From Nitrospirota bacterium (GTDB lineage: Bacteria; Nitrospirota; Thermodesulfovibrionia; Thermodesulfovibrionales; UBA9159): DNA of 64,000 bases. Every line of letters begins with the position of its first letter. Within the stretch, counting starts at the first letter, position 1. A model generated the notes under the pieces. The model did no database searches, was not told where the DNA came from, and worked only from the letters and a program-made list of their open reading frames with translations. The DNA lies in contig CAVOUE010000005.1 of assembly GCA_963699545.1 (NCBI GenBank), positions 320,001 through 384,000 of the forward strand, in the 5' to 3' direction. Shown piece by piece: positions 1 through 10,496 of this stretch. The position numbers and the translations under genes were made by a program.

Positions 1-611
1 TCGCCGGGACCTTCAACCGTATTCTCAAGAAGGAAGCCCTCTCCGACCCTCTGAGGGAAAGGCTGAATGACCTGATGCTTGAGGCGGAGAAACTCGACAT
101 CATTGTGAAGGACTATGAGACCATCCTGAAGGGCAGACAGGTCATGTTCAGGGTAGAGGACCTGAACGAGATTGTGAAGAGCGTTCTTCCGCTGGTGGAA
201 AGCGAACGGAAAGATAAGGGCATCGCAATAAGACTGCTCCTCTCCGATACGTCTTCACAGTGCGTGGTGAACAGGCAGCTCATCAGGGTTGCAGTGCTCC
301 ATGTGTTGAAAAACGCCGTCGAAGCCACGCCTGCCGGTGGCACCATACTCATAACGACGTCCTCTGACGAGGACACCATATCCCTCAGCATCTCAGATAC
401 GGGCAAGGGGATCCCGGGGGAGGAAATACCGAAGATATTCAGTCTCTTTTACAGCACCAAGAAGCACCGGATAGGAATGGGATTGCCTCTGGTGAAGCAG
501 ATACTTGAGGAACACAAAGGCGCTATCACCGTGGAAAGTGTCCTCGGAAAAGGGAGCACCTTCCGGATCGCCCTCCCGGTCAGGTGGTCGGAGCAGGAAC
601 TCAAAGGGTGA
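1..611 (+). CDS. Sensor histidine kinase, C-terminal HATPase part (5' end outside window)
   Basis: N box (LKNAVEA), G1 (DTGKGI), F box (IFSLFYST) and G2 (GMGL) motifs; frame open to window start. Confidence 0.85.
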   Translation, partial: AGTFNRILKKEALSDPLRERLNDLMLEAEKLDIIVKDYETILKGRQVMFRVEDLNEIVKSVLPLVESERKDKGIAIRLLLSDTSSQCVVNRQLIRVAVLHVLKNAVEATPAGGTILITTSSDEDTISLSISDTGKGIPGEEIPKIFSLFYSTKKHRIGMGLPLVKQILEEHKGAITVESVLGKGSTFRIALPVRWSEQELKG

Positions 612-859
612 GAAGAATGATATGAGGATATGCTGCAAGGCAGAGGGCGGAAAAACACAGGCCCGGCCTGAGAAAGGAGGAACGTACAGACTAGGGCACT
701 ATGACCACGACCTATACGCAAATCGCTCGGCATCAGGAAGGCCTTTCGACGATCTACCGGGAACCGTCTTCTCCCACGTCACGGAAGACCGCCTCTCAAA
801 AGAAACCGGCAGTCTACTGTCGATCCTTAAAACCCATGTAATGCCAAAAGGAGGATGCA

Positions 860-1924
860 ATGGAACCGATGTCAGTTCATTATGATTTTTCGTTCCCTAC
901 TGAAAAGACCAGGAAAACCGCTCACGTCCGTGAGGAAACAGACCGCTATTTTACTCTTCTGGAGATCGCCACTGCCCGGCTCAACAGAGAACTGGAGGCC
1001 CTCGAAAAACGGTGCTCTGACCCGTCAGAGCATGCCGAGGAACTTCTCCGCGCCACAGAAAAGGCGATCGACACTGCACTCGCTTCCTGTGCAGCATTTG
1101 AGGAAGGGGTAAAGGATGGGGACGTCATCCGCAATGCGCGAATTACCTTCCGTGAAAGAACGAATCGTCTCCTTTCAAAAAGTTATTGCCTGAACCGGAC
1201 AAGAACCTGGCCTCAGGGATCACAGGGTGACTACAAAACGCTGGATATCATCTACAGAAACACACCGATGTCCGACGGCATAGGATATTATCTTGACAGA
1301 TACATGCTTTCTGCGCCGCTCGCCACTGGAGTGCGAGAGAGAATCGCAAAACTGGAAGAACTCCTCAGGGAGGAACTCGTTTGCAGACAGGCCCCAAAGA
1401 TCCTTGACGTAGCATGTGGCTCATGCCGCGAGGTTTTAGGGTTAGTCCCGGAAATCGAGGCGTCAGGAGCTCAGTTTACCTGCATCGATCTGGATTCGGA
1501 AGCCCTTGATTTTGCGATGAATCGCCTTTCATACGCCGGTTTCCGGGAAGGACAGGTCGAATTCCTCAGATACAACGCGCTCAGGATGTTCGATCACGAA
1601 ATGAACATGCAGGAATTCGGGATGCAGGACATCATTTACAGTGTGGGCTTCTTTGATTACCTTCCCGATGACTTCCTCACAAAATTGCTCAGTGCTCTCT
1701 ATCTGCTCCTCAAGCCAGGGGGAAAACTCATAGCTTCCTTTAAGGATGCAAACCGTTACAAGTCCCAGCCATATCATTGGCTGGGTGACTGGGATGGTTT
1801 CCTGCAGAGGAATGAGACTGACTTTAAGCGCATCCTCTCTGATGCCGGGATTCCGCACTTTGCACGAGCAGAGGCACGTGTAGAATCGGGAACGATAATC
1901 TTTTACACAGTGACCAAACAGTAA
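860..1924 (+). CDS. Class I SAM-dependent methyltransferase, PhcB-like (fatty-acid methyl ester signal synthase family, tentative)
   Basis: SAM motif ILDVACGSC and YSVGFFDYL; upstream WPQGSQGDY resembles the PxGYxGD motif I recall from PhcB-like proteins; RBS AAGGAGG. Confidence 0.7.
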   Translation: MEPMSVHYDFSFPTEKTRKTAHVREETDRYFTLLEIATARLNRELEALEKRCSDPSEHAEELLRATEKAIDTALASCAAFEEGVKDGDVIRNARITFRERTNRLLSKSYCLNRTRTWPQGSQGDYKTLDIIYRNTPMSDGIGYYLDRYMLSAPLATGVRERIAKLEELLREELVCRQAPKILDVACGSCREVLGLVPEIEASGAQFTCIDLDSEALDFAMNRLSYAGFREGQVEFLRYNALRMFDHEMNMQEFGMQDIIYSVGFFDYLPDDFLTKLLSALYLLLKPGGKLIASFKDANRYKSQPYHWLGDWDGFLQRNETDFKRILSDAGIPHFARAEARVESGTIIFYTVTKQ

Positions 1925-1955
1925 GAGTTTATTGCGGATTATACTATAATACCTC

Positions 1956-2717
1956 ATGGCAGACAGGGGATTGCTCTCTGATAGGGTAGCCATCGTCACC
2001 GGAGGAACGCGGGGCATAGGACGCGCGGTCGTCCGCGCGCTCTGCGGAGAAGGCGCAGACTGTGCGTTCACCTATACGAAGAGCCACCAGCTTGCGGAAT
2101 CTCTGGTTCAGGAGATGCAGCTCACGGGCAGGCGCATGCGCGCCGTGCAACTTGATGTGAGGGATTTTGAAGGCGCCAAGCTACTCGTCGAACAGGTGAA
2201 AAAGGAACTTGGAAGGCTTGATATTCTTGTGAACAACGCCGGGATTACGCGGGACAGGTCCCTCATGACGATGACGAGGGAGGAATGGACCGAGGTGATC
2301 GATACGGACCTCACTGGGGTCTTCAACATCACCCGCGCCTGCATCATCACCTTTTTGAAACAGAAGAGCGGGAACATAGCGAACATTTCATCGGTGGGCG
2401 GGATTCATCCCCTTCCGGGACAGGTAAATTATGCTGCGGCAAAGGCAGGGGTGATCGGTTTCACGAAATCACTTGCGAAGGAGGTGGCGCGTTACAATAT
2501 CAGGGTAAATGCGGTTGCCCCCGGCTTTATCGAGTCAGATATGACAGCAGCCCTCGACGGGAAATACCGGAGGCGTCTCCATGAATCGATACCCGCCGGA
2601 AGGTTCGGAACACCCAATGAGGTCGCAGAGGCGGTGCTCTTTCTGCTCAGCGATGAATCCGGGTATGTTACGGGAGAGGTAATAGAGATCGACGGAGGAC
2701 TGGGACTTTCAGGTTAG
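1956..2717 (+). CDS. fabG: 3-oxoacyl-ACP reductase (SDR)
   Basis: TGGTRGIG, NNAGITRD and YAAAK motifs. Confidence 0.9.
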   Translation: MADRGLLSDRVAIVTGGTRGIGRAVVRALCGEGADCAFTYTKSHQLAESLVQEMQLTGRRMRAVQLDVRDFEGAKLLVEQVKKELGRLDILVNNAGITRDRSLMTMTREEWTEVIDTDLTGVFNITRACIITFLKQKSGNIANISSVGGIHPLPGQVNYAAAKAGVIGFTKSLAKEVARYNIRVNAVAPGFIESDMTAALDGKYRRRLHESIPAGRFGTPNEVAEAVLFLLSDESGYVTGEVIEIDGGLGLSG

Positions 2718-2718
2718 C

Positions 2719-3955
2719 ATGGAGAAAAAGATCGTTGTCACGGGCATAGGAGTTTTATCGCCTATCGGCATAGGCAGGAATAGTTACTGGGAAGCCCTGC
2801 TGCTGGGGAAACCAGGATTTAATCCTATCACCCTCTTTGACACATCGCCGTTTAATGTGCGTATCGCGGGCGAAATAGGCGATTTCGATCCTGCTGAATT
2901 CCTCGGCAAGAAAGGACTTCGCGAACTGGACAGGAGCGCGAGGCTGATATGCTCGGCCGCAAAGCTTGCCATTGATGATGCCCATCTCCAGGTGACGGCT
3001 GAAAATACCCATTCTGTGGGAGTCTCTATTGGAACAACCTTCGGGAGTCTCCACAGCATCTCAGAGTTTGACCGATCCGGTCTCATTGAAGGCCCGAGGT
3101 ATGTAAACCCGTCCCATTTCCCCAATACGGTCCTTAACTCGCCCGCGAGCCGGGTATCGATACGTTTTCAAATAAGGGGCTTTAATACGACCATTTCCAC
3201 GGGATTCTGCGCTGCCCTTGACGCCGTCTCCTATGCGTGTGACTTCATCAAATTGGAGAGGGCGAACGTCGTTCTCGCTGGGGGAGTTGAAGAGCTTTGC
3301 GAGGAAACCTTCCTCGGTTTTTATACCCTCGGGTATCTCTCGGGGATTGATGCCTCACCTCCTGTGAGCTGTCCGTTTGATGCGAGGAGGAATGGGATAA
3401 TTCTTTCCGAGGGTGCAGCGATACTGGTGCTCGAAGAAGTTCAGCATGCTCTGAACAGAGGTGCGGAAATCCTGGCAGCAGTAAAGGGTTGTGGAAACGC
3501 CTTTGACGCTTCGGCGAACGGGGATTTCGGGCACGGGAGAAGAGGTCTGAGAAACGCCGTCACTCGTGCACTGAGCGATGCAGCCCTTTCTCCAGAGGAT
3601 ATAGACTATATTTGCGCCGGTGCCAATTCCACAAAAGAACTTGACAGAGCGGAGAACTGCGGTGATCAAAGAGGTCTTCGGCAACCATGCCTATTCGCTG
3701 CCTGTGAGTTCGATAAAATCCATGGTGGGAGAGTCCTTCTCCGCCTCAGGTGGGCTGTCCCTGGCAGCTGCGGCGGGGGTCCTGCACAGCGGATTCATTC
3801 CTCCCACGATACATTATGAGCAGAGTGACCCTGAATGCGACCTCGATTATGTCCCCGGTGCTGCGAGACGGAAAGAGGTCAAGAATGTTCTTGTGCTCGC
3901 GTCCGATCCTTACGGGAATAACTCAGCCATCGTGCTGGGCAGATATGAACGGTGA
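2719..3955 (+). CDS. Ketosynthase-like protein lacking catalytic residues (chain-length-factor-like); one frameshift near 3650
   Basis: FabF fold split over ORFs 2719-3819 and 3620-3955; STGFC, GANST and GES replace STAC, HGTGT and GH. Confidence 0.8.
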
Positions 3956-3958
3956 ACC

Positions 3959-4402
3959 ATGCAACTTGACTTCGAAGAGATAAAAAGACTGATACCACAG
4001 AGATTCCCTTTCATTATGATCGATAAAGTGCTGGAACTCGAGCCCGGCAGGAAGGCGGTATCGGTAAAAAACATTTCGGGCAATGACATCTTCTTCCTCG
4101 GTCATTTCCCCGACAAGGCGATTATGCCCGGTGCCGCGATCATAGAGGCCATGGCACAGACAGCGATAGTCCTTTTTGCAGCCGCAAAGGGGAACGAAGG
4201 GACTGATGCGAAACCCCTCTACTATTTTGGGTCTGTGAAGGCACGTTTTCTCCATCCTGTAGTTCCGGGCGATCAATTAAAAATAACCGTAGTGAATGTT
4301 AAAACACTCCCGCACGGCGCATATGTCTCGGCAGAGGCATTTGTCGATGGGAAAAAGGTCTCAGAAGCTGAACTTGTGTTTAGCACGAAGGGAGAAGCGT
4401 AA
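3959..4402 (+). CDS. fabZ: 3-hydroxyacyl-ACP dehydratase
   Basis: IPQRFPFIMID and FFLGHFP..IMPG..IIEAMAQ motifs. Confidence 0.9.
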   Translation: MQLDFEEIKRLIPQRFPFIMIDKVLELEPGRKAVSVKNISGNDIFFLGHFPDKAIMPGAAIIEAMAQTAIVLFAAAKGNEGTDAKPLYYFGSVKARFLHPVVPGDQLKITVVNVKTLPHGAYVSAEAFVDGKKVSEAELVFSTKGEA

Positions 4403-4432
4403 TCTTTTTTGCACCTTTTTCAGGAGGAGATT

Positions 4433-5293
4433 ATGTCGGATGAAAACAAAGTAGCGCGCAATATAATAAAAAGCTATTCTGAGAACATAGGATTCATGGT
4501 CTATACAGCAGAAGAACTTCAAAAATTGTACCAGACCCTGGGGATAGATCCCAAAAGCACGAACAGAAGCATCTTCGACCTCGAGAGCATGTCACACCAC
4601 CTGCAATCGGAAGTTATAAAGTTGATCAAAATGATGAATATCACGAAAGATGATGTAGTCTTGGACGCGGGATGTGGGAATGGAGCCCCGACAAGGCTCA
4701 TCGCCAAGACCTGTGGTTGCAAAATCAGGGGATTCGATATCAATCCTGATCAGATCAAAAAAGCGGCGGCATGTAACCGTTTCCAGGGTGTGGACCATCT
4801 CATAGCACTGTCGGTCAAAGATGTGCATGAAGTGGATTACCCCCACTGCACATTCGATAAGGTTTTTCACAACGAAACGATCTGTCACTGGATGGACAAA
4901 CGGACCGCATTATCAGGGCTGTTCAATGTGCTGAAAAAAGGCGGCATTATGGGTTTTCATGACTGGGCAAAAGGAGAAAAAGGAGATCTTAATGAGGCCG
5001 GCGGCGACTTTCCCGGGACGTACGCTGAAAGTGTGTGGTTTCAGCACAGCATTGAAGAGACGCGGCGATTATTAGAAGAAGCGGGATTTTCCCTGCTTCG
5101 CTCTGAAGATACAACTGATATCGTGGATCGAGGACTACGGGCCAAATTAAGAGAATTGGAGATGTCAAAAGATTATTACATAAGAAGCGGTTATGAGGAA
5201 TATTTCTTAAAATCAGTGCGCTATTGCAACATCATGCTTAAAACCCACTATGACTATCTGAAATATGGAAGATTTTTGTGTATGAAAAATTAG
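4433..5293 (+). CDS. SAM-dependent methyltransferase (sterol/tocopherol/cyclopropane-synthase-like fold)
   Basis: VLDAGCGNG motif; RBS GGAGGAG before ATG 4433. Confidence 0.8.
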   Translation: MSDENKVARNIIKSYSENIGFMVYTAEELQKLYQTLGIDPKSTNRSIFDLESMSHHLQSEVIKLIKMMNITKDDVVLDAGCGNGAPTRLIAKTCGCKIRGFDINPDQIKKAAACNRFQGVDHLIALSVKDVHEVDYPHCTFDKVFHNETICHWMDKRTALSGLFNVLKKGGIMGFHDWAKGEKGDLNEAGGDFPGTYAESVWFQHSIEETRRLLEEAGFSLLRSEDTTDIVDRGLRAKLRELEMSKDYYIRSGYEEYFLKSVRYCNIMLKTHYDYLKYGRFLCMKN

Positions 5294-5313
5294 AACATAA
5301 CGATGACCAAATC

Positions 5314-6525
5314 ATGATAAAAACTCGACGAATAGTGATAACAGGATTAGGGGTCATATCTTCAATCGGTATCGGTTGGAAGGAATTCTGGAATAGTCTT
5401 TTGAAGGGTACCTCAGGCATAAGTCCCGTGTCCTCATTCGACACTTCACTGTATCCCACACATTTCGGCGGCGAGGTCAAAATCTTCAAACCCGAGGAGT
5501 TTATCGCTAAAGAACGCTTAAACGTCATGAACCGCGCTACCCAGATGGCGCTGGCTGCTACAAAACTCGCATTAAAGGATGCTGCCCTGGCCCCCGAAGA
5601 GTTGGCAAACTACAACGTTGGGGTCTCTCACGGAACGACACTCGGTGCTGCGCAGACCATAGAAGAGGTAGATGTGCTCCTCATTGATAAGAAACCGATA
5701 GATAAGCGGGTCTTCTGTCAGATGCCGACACATGCGCCGCCCTCCGTGATAGCCACCGAATTTAAATGTGGCGGACCGAATTTCATGTTCTCTACAGCCT
5801 GCGCAGCAGGAAATTATGCGATCGCTTATGGCTTTGACCTCATCAGATTGAATAAGGCCGACATCGTGATTGCGGGAGCGTCAGATCCTTTTTCGCGGAT
5901 TGAATACACAGGCTTTAATCAATTCTCCGCGGTCGCTCCTGAAAAATGCCAGCCCTTTGACAAGAACAGAAAAGGCATGATGCTGGCGGAAGGAGCTGGG
6001 ATACTTGTCCTCGAACCTCTCGAGAGTGCCGCAAAGAGAAACGCGCCTATCTATGCCGAAATTCTGGGATATGGCCTGAGCTGCGACGCCTTCCATATGA
6101 CGACTGCCACTGTTGAAGGAATTGCGGAGTGCATGCGAAAGGCAATGAGAGAGGCGGGCATCGCGGTCGGGGACGTCGACTATATAAGTGCCCATGGTAC
6201 GGGAACAGTGGCAAACGACAGAGTTGAATGCGCAGCGATTAAAGAGGTCTTCGGACCTCGTTCTCAACAGGTACCAGTGAGCTCTATCAAATCCATGCTC
6301 GGCCATACAATGGGAGCGGCATCAGCAATCGAAGCAATCACCTGTGCCCTCGTTGTAAAGCATGACGTCATTCCACCGACCATAAACTTTGAGACTCCCG
6401 ATCCCGAATGTGACATCGACTGCGTTCCGAACAAGGCACGGCACCACACCGCCCATATAGCCCTGAACAACTCTTATGCGTTTGGAGGGAATAACGCTTG
6501 TCTGGTAATAAAAAAACTTGTATAA
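5314..6525 (+). CDS. fabF: Beta-ketoacyl-ACP synthase II, catalytically intact
   Basis: STAC, HGTGT and GHTMGAA give an intact Cys-His-His triad. Confidence 0.9.
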   Translation: MIKTRRIVITGLGVISSIGIGWKEFWNSLLKGTSGISPVSSFDTSLYPTHFGGEVKIFKPEEFIAKERLNVMNRATQMALAATKLALKDAALAPEELANYNVGVSHGTTLGAAQTIEEVDVLLIDKKPIDKRVFCQMPTHAPPSVIATEFKCGGPNFMFSTACAAGNYAIAYGFDLIRLNKADIVIAGASDPFSRIEYTGFNQFSAVAPEKCQPFDKNRKGMMLAEGAGILVLEPLESAAKRNAPIYAEILGYGLSCDAFHMTTATVEGIAECMRKAMREAGIAVGDVDYISAHGTGTVANDRVECAAIKEVFGPRSQQVPVSSIKSMLGHTMGAASAIEAITCALVVKHDVIPPTINFETPDPECDIDCVPNKARHHTAHIALNNSYAFGGNNACLVIKKLV

Positions 6526-6613
6526 TAGGTCAGTTATAAAGTTCATTATAAGGTTTTGTTAAACATTTATCTGGTAACATTTTAAAATTACAGGGATTCA
6601 GGAGGATACGCTG

Positions 6614-6850
6614 ATGGCTGACGTCGAAAGTGAGATCATCTCGATAATATCCGAGGTCTCAGGGGTAGATGTTGAAGAAATTTCGCTTGATTCCGACCTG
6701 GCGAGTGACCTGGAGATCGACTCGATCAAGGCCATCGAGATTGTCGTGGCGATCGAAAAAAAATTTAAGATTTCGATTCGTGATGAAGATATCCGCAACA
6801 TCACCACGACAAGGCAAATAGTGGACCTAACAAGAACTTTGTTTCCCTAG
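6614..6850 (+). CDS. Acyl carrier protein
   Basis: Acidic 78 aa protein; DLEIDSI phosphopantetheine Ser motif; RBS AGGAGG. Confidence 0.9.
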   Translation: MADVESEIISIISEVSGVDVEEISLDSDLASDLEIDSIKAIEIVVAIEKKFKISIRDEDIRNITTTRQIVDLTRTLFP

Positions 6851-6970
6851 GGAAGGTCTCATTGAATTCTCACAAGGAGAGCTTGCATGAGCACGGTGAT
6901 ACCCGTATACTGACCTCTGTACCGAAAGAGATTTTTTGACAACGTAGCTTAACAGAATAATCATTATGGT

Positions 6971-9139
6971 ATGGGAAAAGATACCTACATAAAGCAGGAA
7001 CTTCTCAATTTGACAAGATTCTGGCTGACCTTCGGTCTCATTGGAGGGGCCCTCGTCTTTGCCTTGCTCAGCGCCCTCGATTATTTGGTCACCCCGGAGA
7101 ATTTCTTGAGATTCTTGCTTTATAGAATAACCTGTGTCTGCTTAATGATTGTTCTCCATTTCATCAATAGAAAAGTCTCGCGGGAACTCACCCAAAAGAT
7201 ATTAATTGCCTTAACCGTTATTCTCGTGTCATCGACAGTAGAGCTTATGATTCTCTTTTTTGGAGGTCATCAGTCAACGTACTATGCAGGCATTATCATC
7301 ACGGTCGTTTTTTTACTTGGGATTCTCCCCCTTCATTTTAAAATGTCCTTTTTTTTGGTATCCATTGCTTATTCTATTTACCTTTTTCCGATCTTGCTCT
7401 TTGACCGTATTACGAATGTCGAATTATTTATTAGCAACAATGCATTCTTGCTGGCTATTGTTATGATCGCCCTTACATGGAGATTCCTTAGCCAGAGAAG
7501 CCTCATAAATGAACTTGGCCTCCAATACGAACTTGATAAAGATAAACGCGAACTCGAAAAGTATTCCACCAACCTCCAAGAATTAGTCAGTGAGCGGACA
7601 AAGGAACTGAACAAATCCGAGACCATGCTGAAGGCGCTCTTCGAAAATGCAAATGACGGGATCATGATCATGAACAGGGACGGTATAATACTCGACGTGA
7701 ACCAGAAGGCATGCGACATCCACGGGTTCGACAGGGCCGCTCTCATCGGAACGAATATCAAGCTTCTCGAGACCCAGGAAAACCAGCATTCATACAGGGA
7801 CCGTATGGAACGCATCGTGAACGGTGAGTCGCTGCTCTTCGAAACCCAGCACTACCGGAGGGACGGGACCAGGATCTCGCTCGAGATCAGTTCCAAGGCG
7901 GTAGAGGTCGAAGGCAACACGTATATCCAGTCATTCCACAGGGACATCACCGAAAAAAAGAGGCTCCATCAACAGCTTTTCCAGTCTCAGAAAATGGAAT
8001 CCATCGGGGTCCTCGCAGGCGGCATCGCCCATGACTTCAACAATATCCTGTCCGCCATCCTCGGTCACGCTGAGCTGTTGCATGAATTCAGCACTCTTGA
8101 CGCCCAGGGGAAAGAGAGGGTCAGGATCATAGAGAATTCGGCGCGCAAGGCCGGCCAGATGATATCGAAGCTCCTCAGTTTTGCCCGCAAGGGAACCTTC
8201 GAAAGCGTGCCCATAGATCTCAATGACATCGTAAAGGATACCGCCGAGCTTCTGGAGCGTATGATGACAAAGAGAAACGTTGCGATCAGAATGGACATCA
8301 GCGGCACCCTGCCTCCTGTTGAAGGTGATGCAAACCAGTTGGAGCAGGTCGTCATGAATATCATCGTGAATGCAGGGGATGTAATGCCGAACGGTGGCGT
8401 TATCACCGTTGCGACCTCCTCAGTGGACCTTCAGAGGGATGCCCGCCAGGTTCATCCCCTCCTGGAGCCGGGGAAATATGTGGTCATCAAGATCACGGAC
8501 ACGGGCCCCGGCATCCCTGAGGAAATACGGGACAAGATCTTCGACCCGTTCTTCACGACCAAGGGTCCGGGAAAAGGCACCGGCCTTGGGCTCGCCATGG
8601 TGTACGGCATCGTGAAAGAGCATCGGGGAGTGATCAACGTGAGGACAAAGCTGGGAAGAGGCACCACGTTCGAGATCTATCTGCCGGCGTCCGGCAAGCT
8701 CATCCCGCGTCTGGAACGTCCTCTTGTCTCTTCCGTGGCGGGACGCGAAAAGATACTGGTGGTGGATGACGAAGAAGACATTGTCAGTTTCATAAAGGAT
8801 GTCCTGGAATCGCAGGGATATAAGGTGCTGGCCACGACAAATCCGGTGTATGCGCTGGATATCTTCAAGGAAATAAACGATACCATAGACTTGGTCATCT
8901 CCGACATAATCATGCCCCTGGTGAACGGAAGAGAGCTCATCGGGCATTTTAAATTGATCAAGCCTGCCGTCAGAATATTGGCGATCTCGGGCTACGAAGC
9001 GGGAACCATCGGTAAGAACGACCGGGACATCAACGGATTTATCAGAAAACCCTTCGAGGGCACTTACCTCCTCACTGTGGTGAGAAGGGTGCTCGATACA
9101 GCGGGTGCTTCTTCCTCACCACGGCGCATGCCTCTCTAA
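6971..9139 (+). CDS. Hybrid sensor histidine kinase (about 6 TM, PAS, HisKA, HATPase, REC)
   Basis: Hydrophobic N-terminus, PAS domain, GGIAHDFNN H-box, FFTTK..GTGLGL, receiver ILVVDDE. Confidence 0.92.
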   Translation: MGKDTYIKQELLNLTRFWLTFGLIGGALVFALLSALDYLVTPENFLRFLLYRITCVCLMIVLHFINRKVSRELTQKILIALTVILVSSTVELMILFFGGHQSTYYAGIIITVVFLLGILPLHFKMSFFLVSIAYSIYLFPILLFDRITNVELFISNNAFLLAIVMIALTWRFLSQRSLINELGLQYELDKDKRELEKYSTNLQELVSERTKELNKSETMLKALFENANDGIMIMNRDGIILDVNQKACDIHGFDRAALIGTNIKLLETQENQHSYRDRMERIVNGESLLFETQHYRRDGTRISLEISSKAVEVEGNTYIQSFHRDITEKKRLHQQLFQSQKMESIGVLAGGIAHDFNNILSAILGHAELLHEFSTLDAQGKERVRIIENSARKAGQMISKLLSFARKGTFESVPIDLNDIVKDTAELLERMMTKRNVAIRMDISGTLPPVEGDANQLEQVVMNIIVNAGDVMPNGGVITVATSSVDLQRDARQVHPLLEPGKYVVIKITDTGPGIPEEIRDKIFDPFFTTKGPGKGTGLGLAMVYGIVKEHRGVINVRTKLGRGTTFEIYLPASGKLIPRLERPLVSSVAGREKILVVDDEEDIVSFIKDVLESQGYKVLATTNPVYALDIFKEINDTIDLVISDIIMPLVNGRELIGHFKLIKPAVRILAISGYEAGTIGKNDRDINGFIRKPFEGTYLLTVVRRVLDTAGASSSPRRMPL

Positions 9140-9158
9140 ACGGGGGGACCCAGGGAGT

Positions 9159-10461
9159 TTAGAGTTTTCTCCTGTCGACAACGCGCTTCGCCTTCCCCTC
9201 AAACCGGTCGAGGGTCTTCTTCTCGACCAGTTTCACGTCAACGGCAATGCCGAGTTCCGAAGAGAGCCTCCTCCTGATGAGGCCAACCAGTTCGCTCTGT
9301 TTCTTCATCTCGTCAAAGAATATGGACTCCGACACCTCAACAAGCACCGTCACATCGTCAAGGGCTCCCCTCCTGTCCACGATGATCTGGTAGTGGGGCT
9401 CCGTTCCTTCGATATCGCAGAGCACGGTCTCGATCTGGGAGGGGAAGACATTCACTCCCCGTATGATGAGCATGTCATCAGTCCTCCCCATCACCCTGGA
9501 CATCCTCATGAACTTCCTGCCGCAGGCACATGGGTCGGGCATCAGCCTCGTGAGATCCCTCGTCCTGAACCGTATAACAGGGAACGCCTCTTTTGTGAGC
9601 GTCGTGATGACCAATTCACCGATTTCCCCCGGGGCCACAGGTTCCAGGGTGTTGCGGATCAACCACCTCCACAAGGAAGTGGTCTTCGTTGATGTGAAGT
9701 CCGTTACGCTCAAGGCATTCGCCTGCCACGCCCGGACCCATGACCTCGCTCAGGCCATAGTTGTCCGTTGCCATGATCTTCAGTCTTGCCTGTATCTCCT
9801 GCCGCATCCCCTCGGACCATGGCTCTGCTCCGAAAAGTCCGTACTTCAGGGAAAGCGAATTCACATTGATCCCCATGTCCTGTATGGTATCGGCGATCAG
9901 GAGGGCGTAACTGGGGGTGCAGATCAGGGCCGTGGTCTTGAAGTCCTGCATGATCTTCACCTGCCGCCTCGTGTTGCCGCTGGAAATGGGGATGACCGAT
10001 GCACCGACTCTCTCTGCGCCGTAATGCAGGCCGAACCCGCCGGTGAAAAGACCGTACACCGAAGGCTATCTGGACCACATCGTCCTTTGTGATCCCTCCG
10101 GCAGTGAGGACCCTCGCCACAAGGTTCGACCATGTCTTTATATCGTTTTTCGTATATCCGACCACCGTCGACATCCCGGTGGTGCCGGAGGAGGCATGGA
10201 TCCGTACCACTTCCCTTAAGGGTACTGCAAACAAACCGTAGGGATAGTTGTCCCTCAGGTCGTCCTTCTGTGGTGAACGGAAGATTCCTGAGGTCGCTTG
10301 AGCGATGTGAAGTCATCGGGGTCTATCTCCAGCTCGTCAAACTTCTTCCTGTAGAAGGGAACGTTCAGATACACCCGGTGCAATGTGGATTGGAGCCTTT
10401 CCAGCTGGAGCTGTTCGAGTTCTTCCCGTCCTATGGTCTCATATTCAGGTTCCCAATACAT
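9159..10461 (-). CDS. paaK: Phenylacetate-CoA ligase, several frameshifts (probably assembly indels)
   Basis: Pieces 10255-10461, 9710-10234, 9616-10059 and 9159-9713 carry [18 protein letters not shown] and [16 protein letters not shown]. Confidence 0.85.
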
Positions 10462-10496
10462 GATAGCCTCCGTTCACAAAAAATTTCAGGGCAACT

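Noticed and set aside
505-885. 126-aa ORF between the kinase and the methyltransferase
   Set aside because: It overlaps both neighbours and has no recognisable motif; treated as intergenic
860-6850. Ladderane or aryl-polyene biosynthesis cluster
   Set aside because: No radical SAM or desaturase-like genes, and no aryl-loading ligase, acyltransferase or glycosyltransferase in the cluster
9159-10461. paaK, pilT, alaS and chrA as true pseudogenes or programmed frameshifts
   Set aside because: Indels are scattered, include an essential gene and show no consistent slippery site; assembly error is more likely
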